From Octopus sinensis (lineage: Eukaryota), in assembly GCF_006345805.1 (NCBI RefSeq), contig NC_042999.1, positions 164,114,001 through 164,178,000 of the forward strand: a DNA stretch of 64,000 nucleotides. The letters are read 5' to 3'. Positions 1-13,634 of this stretch are shown here, piece by piece. Below the pieces are notes generated by a model. That model saw only the letters and a list, made by a program, of their open reading frames with translations, searched no databases and was not told where the DNA came from. The position numbers and the translations under genes were made by a program. Positions within the stretch are counted from its first letter, which is position 1. Every line of letters starts with the position of its first letter.

Positions 1-987
1 AAAGTATAGAAAGTATATGTGAGGCAGTGAGGCTCAAAAATATGGCATAAAGTGTAAGCATTTGCAAGAATACATCATTCCAAATGTTTGCTGTGTAGCT
101 TTATACAATGGTGCAACACCATGTGGCATTTCGTGGTGATTCAATGTATTGGTTATGATATGTAGGATGCAATGTGACAGGTGATATTAGCGAAGATTTA
201 GGTTAGACAGGGTTGGAAACGATGTTGTATATTAGTAAATGACTTATATTGCTGTGTACTGAAAGTCGAAGTAGGTATAGTTGTATATTAGGAAACAATG
301 TAAAATGTTGCTGTGTACTAGGAGCGACAAAGTATTGGGGAATTACCTGGAATATAATTATGTATTGGGGAATGACTGGACATTGTGTGCTGAGGAATGG
401 CGTTGGGTGTTCTTGTGTATTTAGCGAATGGCAATGTTTGTGAGAATACAGCAAAGTATATGAGTCAATGGTTTGGGATAACAAACTATTTAAGTTGTTA
501 GTTTAGCATGAAAATCTTCTTGTGAAGCAGACTACTTATAACCTACACCAAGAAAATAATCTCCTGGACTGGAAATATTTGAGCAGTTTTTTCCGTGGAG
601 GATAAAACCGTCTTCAATCTTTTATTTATTTTTTTCCTATGCACTCTAAAATATTTCTATGCTCAGCGATTTCCTTTCTTTAAATAAACAATTACACACT
701 GCTTCATCACAACGCCATCTAGGAGAACACTTTCCAACTCATATTTTATCAAATTCCTTTTGCAGTTTGAAGTTCGGTTATTTTTTCCCAGAACTCTAGA
801 ATTTATTGAACTATTTGCTGTTACATCTCACCACCAAGACTTCAATGTACATGATATCAATCACTATTCCTACTTAATGTTTTGTTCATAAGTATCAATA
901 AAACTTAACCAAGACATCTCACGTCAAACCTGCAGGTCTATGTATATATTTATGTGCGTGTGTGTATATATATATACACGCACATAC

Positions 988-1027
<40 letters not shown>

Positions 1028-1105
1028 TATATATTATATATATATATATATATTATATATATATATATAAGTATATGTATGTATATACATGCACACACAC
1101 ATGCA

Positions 1106-1154
<49 letters not shown>

Positions 1155-2494
1155 ATCTGTATGTATGCATATATGCATGCATTTATATACATATGTATAT
1201 ACATAATAATGATCACTAAAGTCACCGATAGATGGGTAGATAAATAGATAGATGGTTAAGCCACCATACCTGACTCTTTCCATTATGCCTCACATCCCAG
1301 ACTTTACGTCGCTGTTTGTTTCCTCTCGCTACCAACCTGCAACAATGTAACCTTCAATTTTCCTCACTCTATCCAGAATGTTTCCCTACGTAAGAGGAGT
1401 GAATTTAGAAGGGATATAAACATCCGACTATACGGTCTTATATGCTACCTACATTCCTCAAGGCAAAATATTGGGTTCTTATAGGCAATATCCTCAATAT
1501 TCCTACATTCTTATTCAGACTCCTCGGTATAGTACATGTAAGTAGGGGTTCTAAAATACATCATGGGCGATGATCAATAAAAAACATCGCTTGTGGTTGT
1601 GCTTAGTCTAGAAAATATTACAAAATTAAGGGAGTAACATCCCGTTTAGAATAAGAAAATGCTTCATTTGAAGACAAATGTCAAAATCCCAGATTAGAGG
1701 AGCTGCTGTTAAAAAGTAATATTGGACGGTTATAGGAATAATTTTGGGAAGCTGAAGCAGTTTTTGAGTTGCCATCGATATACAGAAAATTCAAAATATG
1801 TTACAACTATTGAGCTATGATTAGCTCTGTTTCAAGCTATCACAATGTTTCGTTTTGTCTTTTATGTTCACAATTTTGTATAATTAAATTCTAAATGAAG
1901 GACATTACCTATCTTGATTATATATCGAGACAGATATACTAAATAATATGAATGCTGGGACTAAAGCAAATATCAGATACATACAATGCACACGTCCATC
2001 CATAGAGAGTTGTGCGAGTCTGTGTTATGTGTGCGCGGGTGCATGTGAATGCATGTCTGTATATAAAAAATATATTAATATGTACATATATATGTATATA
2101 AGGGGTATATATATATATCGAGAGTTATTTACATATGTATGAATGTATGTATGTATGTATGTATATATAATGTTATGCACACATACTTGCTAGTCAAGAG
2201 CACATTTAAAGCTCAATAAAATATTAATAGATTTCAGAGCTCTGGTTATTGTCCGTGAGATAGACATGAAAGGAAACTGAAAATTAAGTGTTATTTCGTG
2301 CAAACACATATAAAAAATAGTTTAATATTCTGGTATAATTTATGGTTCCATCGAGTTGCTCTTTCGTCTTTTCAGCCTGTAACTATAGGCAGCTGTTAGG
2401 TAGCCAGGCTTTTATAATTGTGAATAGCTCGCAGCCCTTATTCAACGATATATATATATATGATGTATGATATATATATATATATATATATATA

Positions 2495-2528
<34 letters not shown>

Positions 2529-2654
2529 TATATATATATTTTATTTATATTTCTTGACTTGTTTTATTTATATTTCCTGAGCGCCATACTAATACAATTG
2601 TTTGTTTGTTTTCCACCTGCTTCGTCTTTTGTCTATTTTCATAAAGCTTCCCGT

Positions 2655-2739
<85 letters not shown>

Positions 2740-3196
2740 TATATTAAATTAGAGATAAAACCACTATTAGGCAAATCATACAATGAAAAACTTAAGCCAA
2801 TACATAAGATTATTTAATTTATATTATTTAAATATATAACAAAATTATTAATATACATATATACACACACACACACACCACACACACATACATACATATA
2901 TATACATATAGCAATAAGTAAATGGAGGGGATCAATAGGTGGTTCATCAACTTTTAGACACTATATTAACTTATTTATTTATTTACTATATATACATATA
3001 TATATTTATTTATTATTGCAAATTTGGGATATTTACCAATAGATAAACAACTTCTATTTCAGGATGACCTCATGGTATGGTATACGCAGAGAAAATTAAA
3101 TCAGATAAAATAATTAAAATAACATAAAATAAAATTAGTTAAATAAATATATCTTACCTGTTATTGATCTGTGGGGAAAGAAGTTAGTACAAGTAA

Positions 3197-3278
3197 TCGC
3201 TACATGTATTTCTGCGCTGTTGGGGTATGTATTAAGGCTATACTTAATACATAAATCCACCAGTGCGTCTTCAGGCCA
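3197..3278 (-). ncRNA. Degenerate hammerhead motif in a PLE-like terminal repeat
   Basis: CUGAAGA, long stem II containing the perfect hairpin AUGUAUUAAG/CUUAAUACAU, GAAA, palindrome UACAUGUA. Cleavage triplet appears mutated. Confidence 0.45.
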
Positions 3279-3930
3279 TATATGTTATTATTATGTACGG
3301 GTAAAAGTTAAAAATTATATTAAAAATAAAAATTACAAATATATTTTAAAATATTAAATGCCTAAAGTACAATTAAATAACTAAAGATATATATTGAAAA
3401 TGCTCTACCTGAGGAAATTATTAACGATTGAATTAGAAACACATCAAATCTTATACTATATCTAAATATATATTATAGAAATTATATTACTTGTAATAAT
3501 TTTGTGTAAAATATACCCCTGTCAATATTAGTATAATAAAACATGTTTTATGTTAAATGTGAGTTAATAGTCTAGAATAAAAATTAATTAGTAAATACAA
3601 CTACTTACGTTAGAAACTTAGTGAATAAAAGAAACAATGAAGATAGATTACTTTACGACAAGTTCAAGACCAAATGGCCGCTCCCACTGTCAAACGCTAA
3701 GTATTATGGGAATTGGGTATAATATAAAAGAATAAAATAAAATACTCTGAAAATACTCTAAAAATAATACTATACGAGAGGTTGGAGTCAAGAGGAGATA
3801 ATAACTAGAAATGGGGCTATAATCGTAAATCTAGTTATAAATGGAGTTTTAAAGTGTTGTAGATTTTGAGATTTATGTTACATAAATGTAACCTGACTAT
3901 GCATTTAAAGGGAATATTGTTTAATAAGTA

Positions 3931-4160
3931 CGAGCTGGCAGAATCGTTAGCACGCTGGGCGAAATGCTTAGCGGTATTTCGTCTGCCGTTACGTTCTGAG
4001 TTCAAATTCCGCCGAGGTCGACTTTGCCTTTCATCCTTTCGGGGTCGATAAATTCAGTACCATTTACGCACTGGGGTCAATGTAATCGACTTAATCCGTT
4101 TGTCTGTCCTTGTTTGTCCCCTCTGTGTTTAGCCCTTTATGGGTAGTAAAGACATAGGTA
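3931..4160 (+). mobile_element. tRNA-derived SINE, family S1
   Basis: A-box TGGCAGAATCGTTAG, B-box GAGTTCAAATTCC, conserved central block GCCTTTCATCCTTTCGGGGTCGATAAA..AGTACC. Multi-copy in the window. Confidence 0.88.
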
Positions 4161-4329
4161 ATATTGTTTAATAGATACTTAGTATATACGTATGTAAAAC
4201 TACTATAAATACTATTAAAACTTCTAGTAACTATATTCATCATAAGTGTGTGGAGATGATATGCTTTGTGGAGGGAGGGGGTTATTTTATATATTTTTCA
4301 TTTTATTATACGTAAAGCTATTTCTATGC

Positions 4330-4625
4330 CGGCATTTTATTCCTCTCTCTTCACCAGTGTTTATTAATAAGAACTCTCTCGACTATTTTCATAAACTCTG
4401 TTGTACATAATAAGCACATTTTGTTACCTATTTTATATGTGTTCGCTCTACAAATAATATAGCAGTTAAGGGTGTATTCTATTTTATTAGATTTTAACTC
4501 CCAAATGTATTTACTTAGACCTGTAGAATTTTTTAATTTGGGATTTTTGAAAGACTGATAATGCTGGGAAATTCTTCTTTTAATTTCTTTCGCTGTGGAT
4601 CCAATATATTCTGTATTACTAATAT
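4330..4625 (-). mobile_element. Penelope-like element GIY-YIG endonuclease remnant
   Basis: YIGSTAKEIKRRISQHYQSF..STGLSKYIWELK..CLLCTTE in ORF 4351-4695. Confidence 0.85.
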
Positions 4626-5227
4626 TGTTATTATTATTATTATTAAAGTTTACTATTGACAGTAACCTCGAAGTTTCGGTCAGATAAGCCATCATCGGAC
4701 AGTGATGCTTTGAAGTTAATCTTGGTTTTATATAATCTCTGTTGAGTTCAAACTCTTCCTTAGGTGTGAGGTTTGAGTGGAGTGATAGTTAGGTTTTAGT
4801 GTTGGTTGTTATGGCGAGGTGTTTTTGGAGAAATTTTTATTGATTAAATTTGAATTTATGTCATTGTTTAGAATTTATTCGTGCATGCAGAACTTTGTAA
4901 GTAGCTGTGCATATTCAAGTGTTTCCCTTTTGGTGGGTAGTTATATGATAGGTCAATAGTCTAAGTTATTTTGGGGTTTATCGGATTTAATCCTTTGCTT
5001 TAACAATGTAAAGGTCAAAGGTGCAAAGTCCAATATTTAAAGACTTAGTAACTGGGTGTGTCAACATTTTTTTGTTGTAATGATATATTTTAGGGGTTCA
5101 CAAAAGAATATAAGTAGGTATTATGTTTTAGCTGGTCGGTTTCTTTACCTGTCTTTGTTGTTGTTGTAATTTAGAGCATTTCCTGTTTTTATTTGGTAGG
5201 TGGTGGTTATTATTATTGAATTAATTA

Positions 5228-5440
5228 AGGCGGCGAACAGGCAGAATCGTTAGCGTGCCGGCGAAATGCTTAGCGGTATTTCGCCAGTCGTTACGTTCTG
5301 AGTTCAAATTCCGCCGAGGTCGAATTTGCCATTCATCCTTTCGGGGCCGATTAAATAAGTACCAATTACACACTAGGGTCGATGTAATTGACCTAATACC
5401 TCCCCCCAGCTGCCCTTGTGACAAAAATTTGAAATCATTA
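5228..5440 (+). mobile_element. tRNA-derived SINE, family S1
   Basis: Homologous to 3931-4160, with a different 3' tail. Confidence 0.85.
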
Positions 5441-5674
5441 ATATTGAATAAATACTAAACAATAACATAACCGCAAATTTAATCAATAAAATTCTCTCCA
5501 AAGCACCTCTCCATAACAGTCCCCCCTAAACTCTAGTTACCACTCAAACCCACACGGCCAAGTAAGATTTTAGCTCAACAGAGACTATATAAAGCAATAT
5601 TAACTTCAATGTACCGCAGTCCGTCGATGGCTTAACTGGCTGAAACTTCGAACTCACTGTCAATAATATTCTTG

Positions 5675-5739
<65 letters not shown>

Positions 5740-7899
5740 TACATACATACATATGTATATGTATTTTTCAATCCAAGTACGCACGAACGCACTATATATA
5801 CACAATAGTTGTAAGAAGAGATTGTCATTTTCAGTAGAGAATGACATCTATTGTACAATTCAATCATTATTTAATGTTATTTATTTCCATTTGCCGAAGA
5901 AATGATTTAACATATCGGCTTTAAAGCCTACACAGGCACTTTAAAAGACATCGTATTACATCAAGCTAGGTAAGCCAGTGCTCAATGAATGCAACATAAA
6001 TCCATACATGACTTATTTTAAAAGACATTGATTTGCCAGATGCGACTATAGGATAAAATGCTGTTTTCGTTCGCGAGGGGCGACTTGGTATTTTAGCCAC
6101 TCATAGTCAATAAGATAAATGTTTGTCATATATTGAGTAGATTTGGTCGACGGAACCTACTTACCTACAATTTGTGACTCTGTGTGCGTTTGCTCTCACT
6201 AAAGGGCAAGTAGGTTTACAGCTTCTAATAATTATTTTCGACCGTTTACGTTCTAAGTTCATACCTTCTCTAACAATTTATAATGCTGGTACTAATGTAA
6301 CCGTCTGGATTAGATGGCGGCGTAGATGCTTAGAAGTGTTATGTAATCTCCTATTACTTACGACTTAATAATGAAATCAACCTCGGATCAACTTATGAAA
6401 TCGTTCTCTGCATGGCCAATAAAATAAATAGAAATATCACATGTACGGTTCAATTCCAACCACAAGCGTCGATCTTATGCATTGTGCAAAAAGAGTACTT
6501 AGTTAAATATATGATTCTTATGTCAGTGTGTAGTTTAAATATCAGACCAAAATAGAAATTAATTAGATTGTTTCTAATCTAAATTTATTAGACTGGTTTA
6601 AAAGATTGTAGAAAAACTTCCGGTCGGTTTTTCATGGTGAGTTCCTTTCTGAAAATAGTAACACCGCAATCTCCTTTAAACTAACCCCATCCAGTTATAA
6701 ACCTAAAGATATATTTCAGAGGTCGAAGCTGTAATAGTATATTTGAAAACAAAACAGAACGTGATCATATATCTGATTAAAATACGGGATCACTTCATAG
6801 CTGAAAAGCAAAGGTAAGGTGGCTCGAACGCCAGTTGAATGATAAGAAATTCGACACTGACGACGCAGACGTGTAGAGTCCTTAAGAATACGAAGAATAG
6901 GTATTAGTCTGTAAGTCGGATTCATGGATTGCACAAAGATGTTTGCTAAACTGTCTGGGTACCACAAGTATTCTTTAGCACGATTGACCGGAGGTTACAC
7001 AGTAACAACAACAACAACAAAGGCAATAACAACAGCAATATCAAAAACATGGAACCTTTCTGAGTACTGGCGTACCTGCTTCCTACATGTGTTGGTCTAA
7101 TTGAGTAGAGCTGATCAAAAATTCAAAGCAATTAAGTAACAGCAATTAAACAATTAAACAACAGCAGCAAAATAATTACTTTCATTATTTTTTTGTTCAT
7201 CTGGTTCCGAGACGGTTTTCAATTTTTTGTAGAGATGTCAACGGCTTTTTAAAACAGTTTATGAATTAATAATTTTTTTAAACTTCTGTCTCTTTAAAGC
7301 ATTCCAGAGAGAATACTTTGTATGTTTGAATTTCTTTTAGTTTTTAAAATTTTAACGAAGTTTACAGCAGTGAGTGCCAGGCTTTAAAACTATTTAGTGT
7401 CTGGTTCCATGCATCTAACTTCCGAATTCAAATGACGCCGTTGTATATTACGTCTTTTATTCTGTCTGCAATTGCTATAAAAATACTTGGGTTACACTGG
7501 AAACCCGTCAGTCGACCTCTTTCCACTCTTGAAATAATGAGTCTTGTGTCGTCTGGCTAAAGCAATAGCTAAAATGTCATTAATTAATTAGATATATTAT
7601 TTATTTATGGTTCAATAAAATAAAAATAGGTTGCTTTTTTTACGATTTATATTAATTAGCTCTTTCATAATAAATTGAATACAATTACACCGACACTTCA
7701 GCTTGAAAAAATATGCCCTTTTCAAAGCTTAGAACAACAGCAAAATGCATTCATAAAGTAACATTTGACGTCCTCAAAATGTGAATTTGATGCTAGATGT
7801 GACACTTAGCCATTGTTTCTCTTTCTCTCTCCCTCCATATATGTGCATGGGGATGTTGTATACATACATGTATACATATACTCATATACATGTATGCAT

Positions 7900-8135
7900 A
7901 TTAATTCACGATTGCAAGATTGTGGGTTCGATTCCCAGACTGGGCGATGCGTTGTGTTCTTGAGCAAAGCACTTCACTTAGCGTTGCTCTGCGATCATTT
8001 TGTTATCTGACATGTGGCACCTAGTTGCACCTGTACAGGTAATGTTGATTTGATGGAAGGAGTGAGCTTATGTCTACACAAACATTTGATTCCTATAAAC
8101 AAATCATCTGTGTCGTCTAACGACAGGAAAGTCCG
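7900..8135 (+). mobile_element. tRNA-derived SINE, family S4
   Basis: B-box GGGTTCGATTCCC followed by CORE-like GTGTTCTTGAGCAAAGCACTT. Confidence 0.6.
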
Positions 8136-9098
8136 TAATATATAACATATATAGGCATATGTATATATATGTGTGTATATATATGCACTCACACACATGA
8201 AATAGAAGTGTGTGGGTGTGTGTATAAAACATACATACGTATACACACGGATAATTGTATGTAGAATACTTTTTTTTTGCATTTACTCTGATTTCGTTGT
8301 TGTTTATATATATATATACATATATATAATTCCGTGCTATATATATATATATATACACTGCATTATATACTTCAGTTGATATATATACTTCAGATGTGAA
8401 TATACAGCTTACATTACACAGATACCTGGCTACATCCACACACACACATATATATATACATATATATATATATGCACACATATACATAATATTTATCCTT
8501 ATATATATAATATATTCAACACGAATGAATATGCATGTATATGTGCATATGTATATATTTGAATACCTAAGTGTTTGAGCTTGGTAAATGTAAAACACCA
8601 GTATATATACACACATATATACACACATATAAACACAGATATATTCATGTCAACGTATAAATGTGACTGTATAGCTAATTATATACACAGGACACTACAT
8701 ACATGTATGTCAACATACGAATGATCACCTACATATTTAACATTCAACAGTATATATAACAAATATATATACACACTGTAACACACACACATACATACAT
8801 ACACTATATATAATATATATATGTCCCTGTCTGTGACAGAGTATATGTGTGTGTATATATATAATATATAGAGCCATCTGAATGCTAATGTATACATTCA
8901 ACTACTATTAGCCGCCAGATATACATACATACACACATATATACATAAGTATATATACACACCTGTTAATTACAAAAAGCTTAGTCATTTTGGTGCCCGA
9001 TGTGTGGATAAAAGGTAGAAATAGACATAGAAAAAAAAGTTTGGTGACATTAGAGGTCACAACTATTGAAGGAAGCTGCACGTAGCCTCTCATTGATC

Positions 9099-10550
9099 AT
9101 GTCATCCGAGATGCAAAGCCAAGCTTCCGACCAGGACTCGGAGTACGACCAGTCTGACCAAGAAGAGGATGATCTTCTGTGTTACTATGACAGCGACAGT
9201 AATGACCTTGACATTGACAAACCGAAAAACGACGATACCGAACACTTCGAGTACGAACTCCTAACAGTAGAGGACGTCGAACGGTTGCTAAATGAAGAAG
9301 TGGAGTACCTGTGCAGCTCTGTCGATATAAGCCCAGCTCTTTCCAAGATGCTCCTTCAGGAACATGGTTGGCAAAAGGATAACTTGATTAAAAAACACAA
9401 TGAGAATCCTGCAGGATTACTGGTGGAGTCCAATATAATGCCTTCAGTCAAATATCAGGATCCTGGAGCTAACAGTTTAGTATGCACCGTCTGTACCATC
9501 TGGTATTCCCGAGACAGGATGGAGTGTCTAACCTGCGGCCATCCCTTCTGCAAAGAATGCTGGGATAGATATTTTCAAGTACAAATCTACCAAGGGGTCA
9601 CCATACGAATTCAGTGTATGGCAGCGGAGTGTAACGTGCTCGTACCGGAGAACATAATCTGTGAAGTTCTCAGTCAGCCGGACATCCGAGACCGATACAT
9701 GAGACTTACATTTATGGACCACGTCAAGACCCATCCTGAGTTGCGATTCTGCCCTGGTCCCAACTGCCCAGTAATAGTCAGAGCCCCACAGCCCCAAGCC
9801 AAAAAAGTGGACTGTTCCAAATGCAAAACTTCTTTTTGTTTCAGATGCGGAATAGAATACCACGCTCCCACTGATTGTAATACCATCAAGAAATGGTTAA
9901 CAAAGTGTGCCGATGATTCCGAGACTGCAAACTACATATCGGCTCACACTAAAGATTGTCCAAGATGTCACGTTTGCATAGAGAAGAATGGTGGATGTAA
10001 TCACATGCAATGTTCACGATGCAAACATGATTTTTGCTGGATGTGTTTAGGAGATTGGAAAACTCATGGTAGCGAATACTACGAATGCAGTCGTTACAAA
10101 GAAAATCCCAACATTGCTAATGAATCTGCCCATGCGCAAGCGAGGGAGGCCCTCAAGAAATACCTCTTCTATTTTGAAAGGTGGGATAATCATGCCAAAA
10201 GTCTTAAACTTGAAGAACAGACCCTGACTAGCATCAAAAGTAGAATCCAAGACAAGGTGATGAATAACTCTGGAACGTGGATTGATTGGCAATATCTGCT
10301 TGATGCTGCAACTCTGTTGAAAAAGTGCCGATACACTTTACAGTACACCTACCCATACGCCTATTATATGGATAAAGGGGCAAGAAAGGAGCTGTTTGAA
10401 TATCAACAGGCTCAGTTGGAGGCAGAGGTTGAAAATTTGTCCTGGAAGATAGAGAGAGCTGAAATCACAGACAGAGGGGATTTGGAAAACCAGATGGATG
10501 TTGCTGAGAAGAGGAGACTGACATTACTGAAAGACTTTCTTGAGATTTAG
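9099..10550 (+). CDS. ARIH2: Ariadne-2 / TRIAD1 RING-between-RING E3 ubiquitin ligase, 483 aa, single coding exon
   Basis: First ATG at 9099 within ORF 9066-10550. Acidic N-terminus, RING1 ([19 protein letters not shown]), IBR (CPGPNC..CSKC..CFRC..HAPTDC), RING2 with catalytic GGCNHMQC, and Ariadne domain ending [54 protein letters not shown] is typical of ARIH2. Confidence 0.95.
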   Translation: MSSEMQSQASDQDSEYDQSDQEEDDLLCYYDSDSNDLDIDKPKNDDTEHFEYELLTVEDVERLLNEEVEYLCSSVDISPALSKMLLQEHGWQKDNLIKKHNENPAGLLVESNIMPSVKYQDPGANSLVCTVCTIWYSRDRMECLTCGHPFCKECWDRYFQVQIYQGVTIRIQCMAAECNVLVPENIICEVLSQPDIRDRYMRLTFMDHVKTHPELRFCPGPNCPVIVRAPQPQAKKVDCSKCKTSFCFRCGIEYHAPTDCNTIKKWLTKCADDSETANYISAHTKDCPRCHVCIEKNGGCNHMQCSRCKHDFCWMCLGDWKTHGSEYYECSRYKENPNIANESAHAQAREALKKYLFYFERWDNHAKSLKLEEQTLTSIKSRIQDKVMNNSGTWIDWQYLLDAATLLKKCRYTLQYTYPYAYYMDKGARKELFEYQQAQLEAEVENLSWKIERAEITDRGDLENQMDVAEKRRLTLLKDFLEI

Positions 10551-10766
10551 GCACAGACACACAGACAGACAACCATGCACGTATACACACACACACACAT
10601 GCCCAATAACATACGTGTTGCAGACAAGTGGCGGCTTTTACTATTGGAAGATTTAATTGGCATTTAGAGCCCTCCACACACACACACACACACACACATA
10701 ATTTGTACACACATACAAATATATATACACATACATACACACTTCCATTCATACTTTCAAAAACAC

Positions 10767-10802
<36 letters not shown>

Positions 10803-10807
10803 CCGTT

Positions 10808-10941
10808 ACTTAGCGGTTCGGCAAAAGAGACCGATAGAATAAGTACTGGGCTTACAAAAGAATAAGTCCCGGGGTCGATTTGCTCGACTAGAGGCGGTGC
10901 TCCAGCATGGCCGCAGTCAAATGACTGAAACAAGTAAAAGA
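10808..10941 (+). mobile_element. SINE 3' part, family S2
   Basis: Homologous to 17757-17945 (-): CTTAGCGGTTCGGCAAAAGAGACCGATAGAATAAGTACT..GGGGTCGATTTGCTCG. Confidence 0.7.
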
Positions 10942-10982
<41 letters not shown>

Positions 10983-10985
<3 letters not shown>

Positions 10986-11182
10986 CCTCGTGAGTACCGC
11001 CAGTGATTTTTTTCCCCTGTCTTCCCTTCTCGGGATCTTTCCTTCTCCTATGTTTCCGACGAAGAGCTCCGCTCGAAACGTTAAACCCTCCTTCTTCCCT
11101 TCTTTCCTGAGCGTCCAATAATACTTTATTTGTTCCACGTCCTCGCGTTGTTGTGTTTTTTTGTGTTTTCTTGTTTGGATTA

Positions 11183-11187
<5 letters not shown>
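10983..11187 (+). mobile_element. Short HHR-bearing PLE-derived repeat, family A
   Basis: GUUU-CCGACGA-A-GAGC UCC GCUC-GAAA-CG-UU-AAAC at 11052-11086. Homologous to 40964-41165 (-) and 60975-61175 (+). Flanked by (TA)n. Confidence 0.7.
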
Positions 11188-11242
<55 letters not shown>

Positions 11243-11246
<4 letters not shown>

Positions 11247-11362
11247 CGTGATCACCGTGATCGACTAGACTATCAGATGTTGCTACACATCGCTGGTCAC
11301 AATGCGCTTCGCATTGTTTTAACCTTCAAATGACGCCACCCCGCTGGCTAAGCGAGCAGGCC
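11243..11362 (-). mobile_element. Short repeat with LINE-like 3' end, family S5
   Basis: Homologous to 29460-29576. Internal hairpin CAATGCG-CTT-CGCATTG. Both copies lie between (TA)n tracts. Confidence 0.65.
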
Positions 11363-11404
<42 letters not shown>

Positions 11405-11405
11405 C

Positions 11406-11438
<33 letters not shown>

Positions 11439-12220
11439 ATTATGTATGTATACATATATATATATTTTTACTCACAGCACACAGCACACACCTTCCATCT
11501 TCCATTGTGCTTCCTCATCCACCTCTCACATACCTTCTCTACACCGTTAAACTCAGTACCCACACCACACACACACACCTACATAGGATTGCTTTACAAA
11601 CACATTCACAAGCACAAACACACATATCAACTCCATACCCACACACTCTATCCAGCAGCCAATATACACACACCAACTGATATCAGAGACACGCACACAT
11701 GCAGACACAAGCATAAACATACACACACACACACAATATTTACTCATAAACACACATAATACACACGCTACTTGCACAAAGCATAAATGCACACATTTGC
11801 TACTATGCATATGCATTTGCACATACACACACATACATCTGATAATCTCACAGACACATACGGCACACTGCCTCACACACTCCCATACATATATACTCGC
11901 ACACGTTTACATACACGCGCGCGCTCACGCACATATACAGGCGTGCGCACACGCGCAACGCTAGCTCACACACTTCAGCCAGGTTACAGTTGTCTCCCTT
12001 TCCATCCAACCACATCCTTTTGGTCAATTCAACATGTAAAACAATTAATCCAGGCACGTTTTTTTCTCTTTCCGTTTTCTTTCTTCATTCTTCTATCAAA
12101 GAGCCTAGGCTCGAAGCGTCAAAGACTTTTCCATTTTTCCTGAACGTCAAACTAATACGCTTTGTTTATTGTTCTCTCACCTGTGTCTGTCTTCTGATTT
12201 TTTTTGTACATTTTGAACCG

Positions 12221-12281
<61 letters not shown>

Positions 12282-12394
12282 TGAATGTGTATGTTGTTTA
12301 TATGCATACGTTTAGCAGCGTTGTGTAAATATACCCTAGTGGATACATCACAAGGTTCTCCTTCTGCGAGCGAGGCTAAATATATTTTTTGCGT

Positions 12395-12650
12395 ACACAT
12401 ACATACATACATATACATACATACATACATACATACATACATTCAAACATTCATACATACATACATACATACATACATACATACATACATACATAGCATA
12501 CATACATTCATACATACATACATACATGCATACATACATACATACATACATGCATACATACATACATACATACATACAAACATTCATACATACATGCATA
12601 CATACATACATACATACATACATACATTCATACATACATACATATGTACA
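12395..12650. repeat. (TACA)n microsatellite
   Basis: Direct reading. Similar arrays at about 45110-45260, 45735-45820 and 58960-59110. Confidence 0.95.
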
Positions 12651-12867
12651 TATAATCAATGTTACATGTCATAATGCGTTTCATTCCTCGAAGGCAGTTC
12701 TTCAGAAATGCCAGCAAATTTGCATCATAAAATCATTTAAATGGTTGATGATGAGAAAAACTGAAAGAATGTACGGATTACTGGTCAGGGTTTGAATTGG
12801 GTAAAACAAATAGATAGAAAAATTTGCTGAGAAAACAAAGCAAATGATTGCTATTGTGTGTGAGCGA

Positions 12868-12913
<46 letters not shown>

Positions 12914-13634
12914 CAAAATTCATTTTGAATTCAGTTTGTAGATAAAGTTAGAAAAGGAAAAAGGTTTTGTTTTTTTTATAGTGAATACGCAGGAAAAACA
13001 ATTGGACTTTGAGGCAGCTATTTTAATATATAATGAATACCTGTTTACTTAAACATGCTGTACTTGGGTTAGCTACGACATGTAAGAATACCAGAGCTAA
13101 ATCCCAAAGAGCTTCATCAAGAGAGCAGATTAGTAACATTCTTTAAAATTACAATTAGAAAAAAAAATTTTTTTAGCTATGCCCAAAAGTCCCCCCCCCC
13201 CCGAAAAAAAAATTGAAAAGAAAATATTAAGTGGAGCAACGTTCTAACTGCTATTAAATCGCAAATAAGTGAATCATTTGAAATTTTGTTGTGATATAAC
13301 ATTTGTTAACACCAGTATGTGTCAATTATCTTGCTAACCTTTTGCTTATCAGAAATATTTTATTACTATCTCTAGACAGAGTTCACTTTGCATAAATATA
13401 TATTTACATCTTTGAAGGTCCCCGGTGATGTTAGGTTGTATCAAATCATGACTATTAAATTTCCATGACTGAAGATCAGCGGCGCTAAGGTCATATTAAC
13501 AAAATCCGTATCAAAGGGAGTGCTCTCATAGATCTGACATGAGGTGCTGAACACTTGTTGCTGCTAATGTGTTTAGAAGAGATAGAACAATCATTATTAT
13601 TGCTATTATTGCTGTTCCTGCTGGCTGATTGTTT

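Noticed and set aside
1-920. Possible decayed LINE 3' ends
   Set aside because: Only faint similarity and no diagnostic motif could be read reliably.
940-1283. Many ORFs rich in YI/HT/CV/MYV repeats (here and throughout the window)
   Set aside because: They are translations of (TA)n, (CA)n and (TACA)n microsatellites, which lack stop codons.
3931-4015. tRNA-like A/B boxes
   Set aside because: No complete cloverleaf. They are the heads of multi-copy SINEs.
9066-9098. TTG-initiated N-terminal extension of ARIH2
   Set aside because: This is a eukaryotic gene. The first ATG at 9099 gives a normal acidic N-terminus.
9528-10292. Antisense ORFs within ARIH2
   Set aside because: Shadow frames of a real CDS with no recognisable domains.
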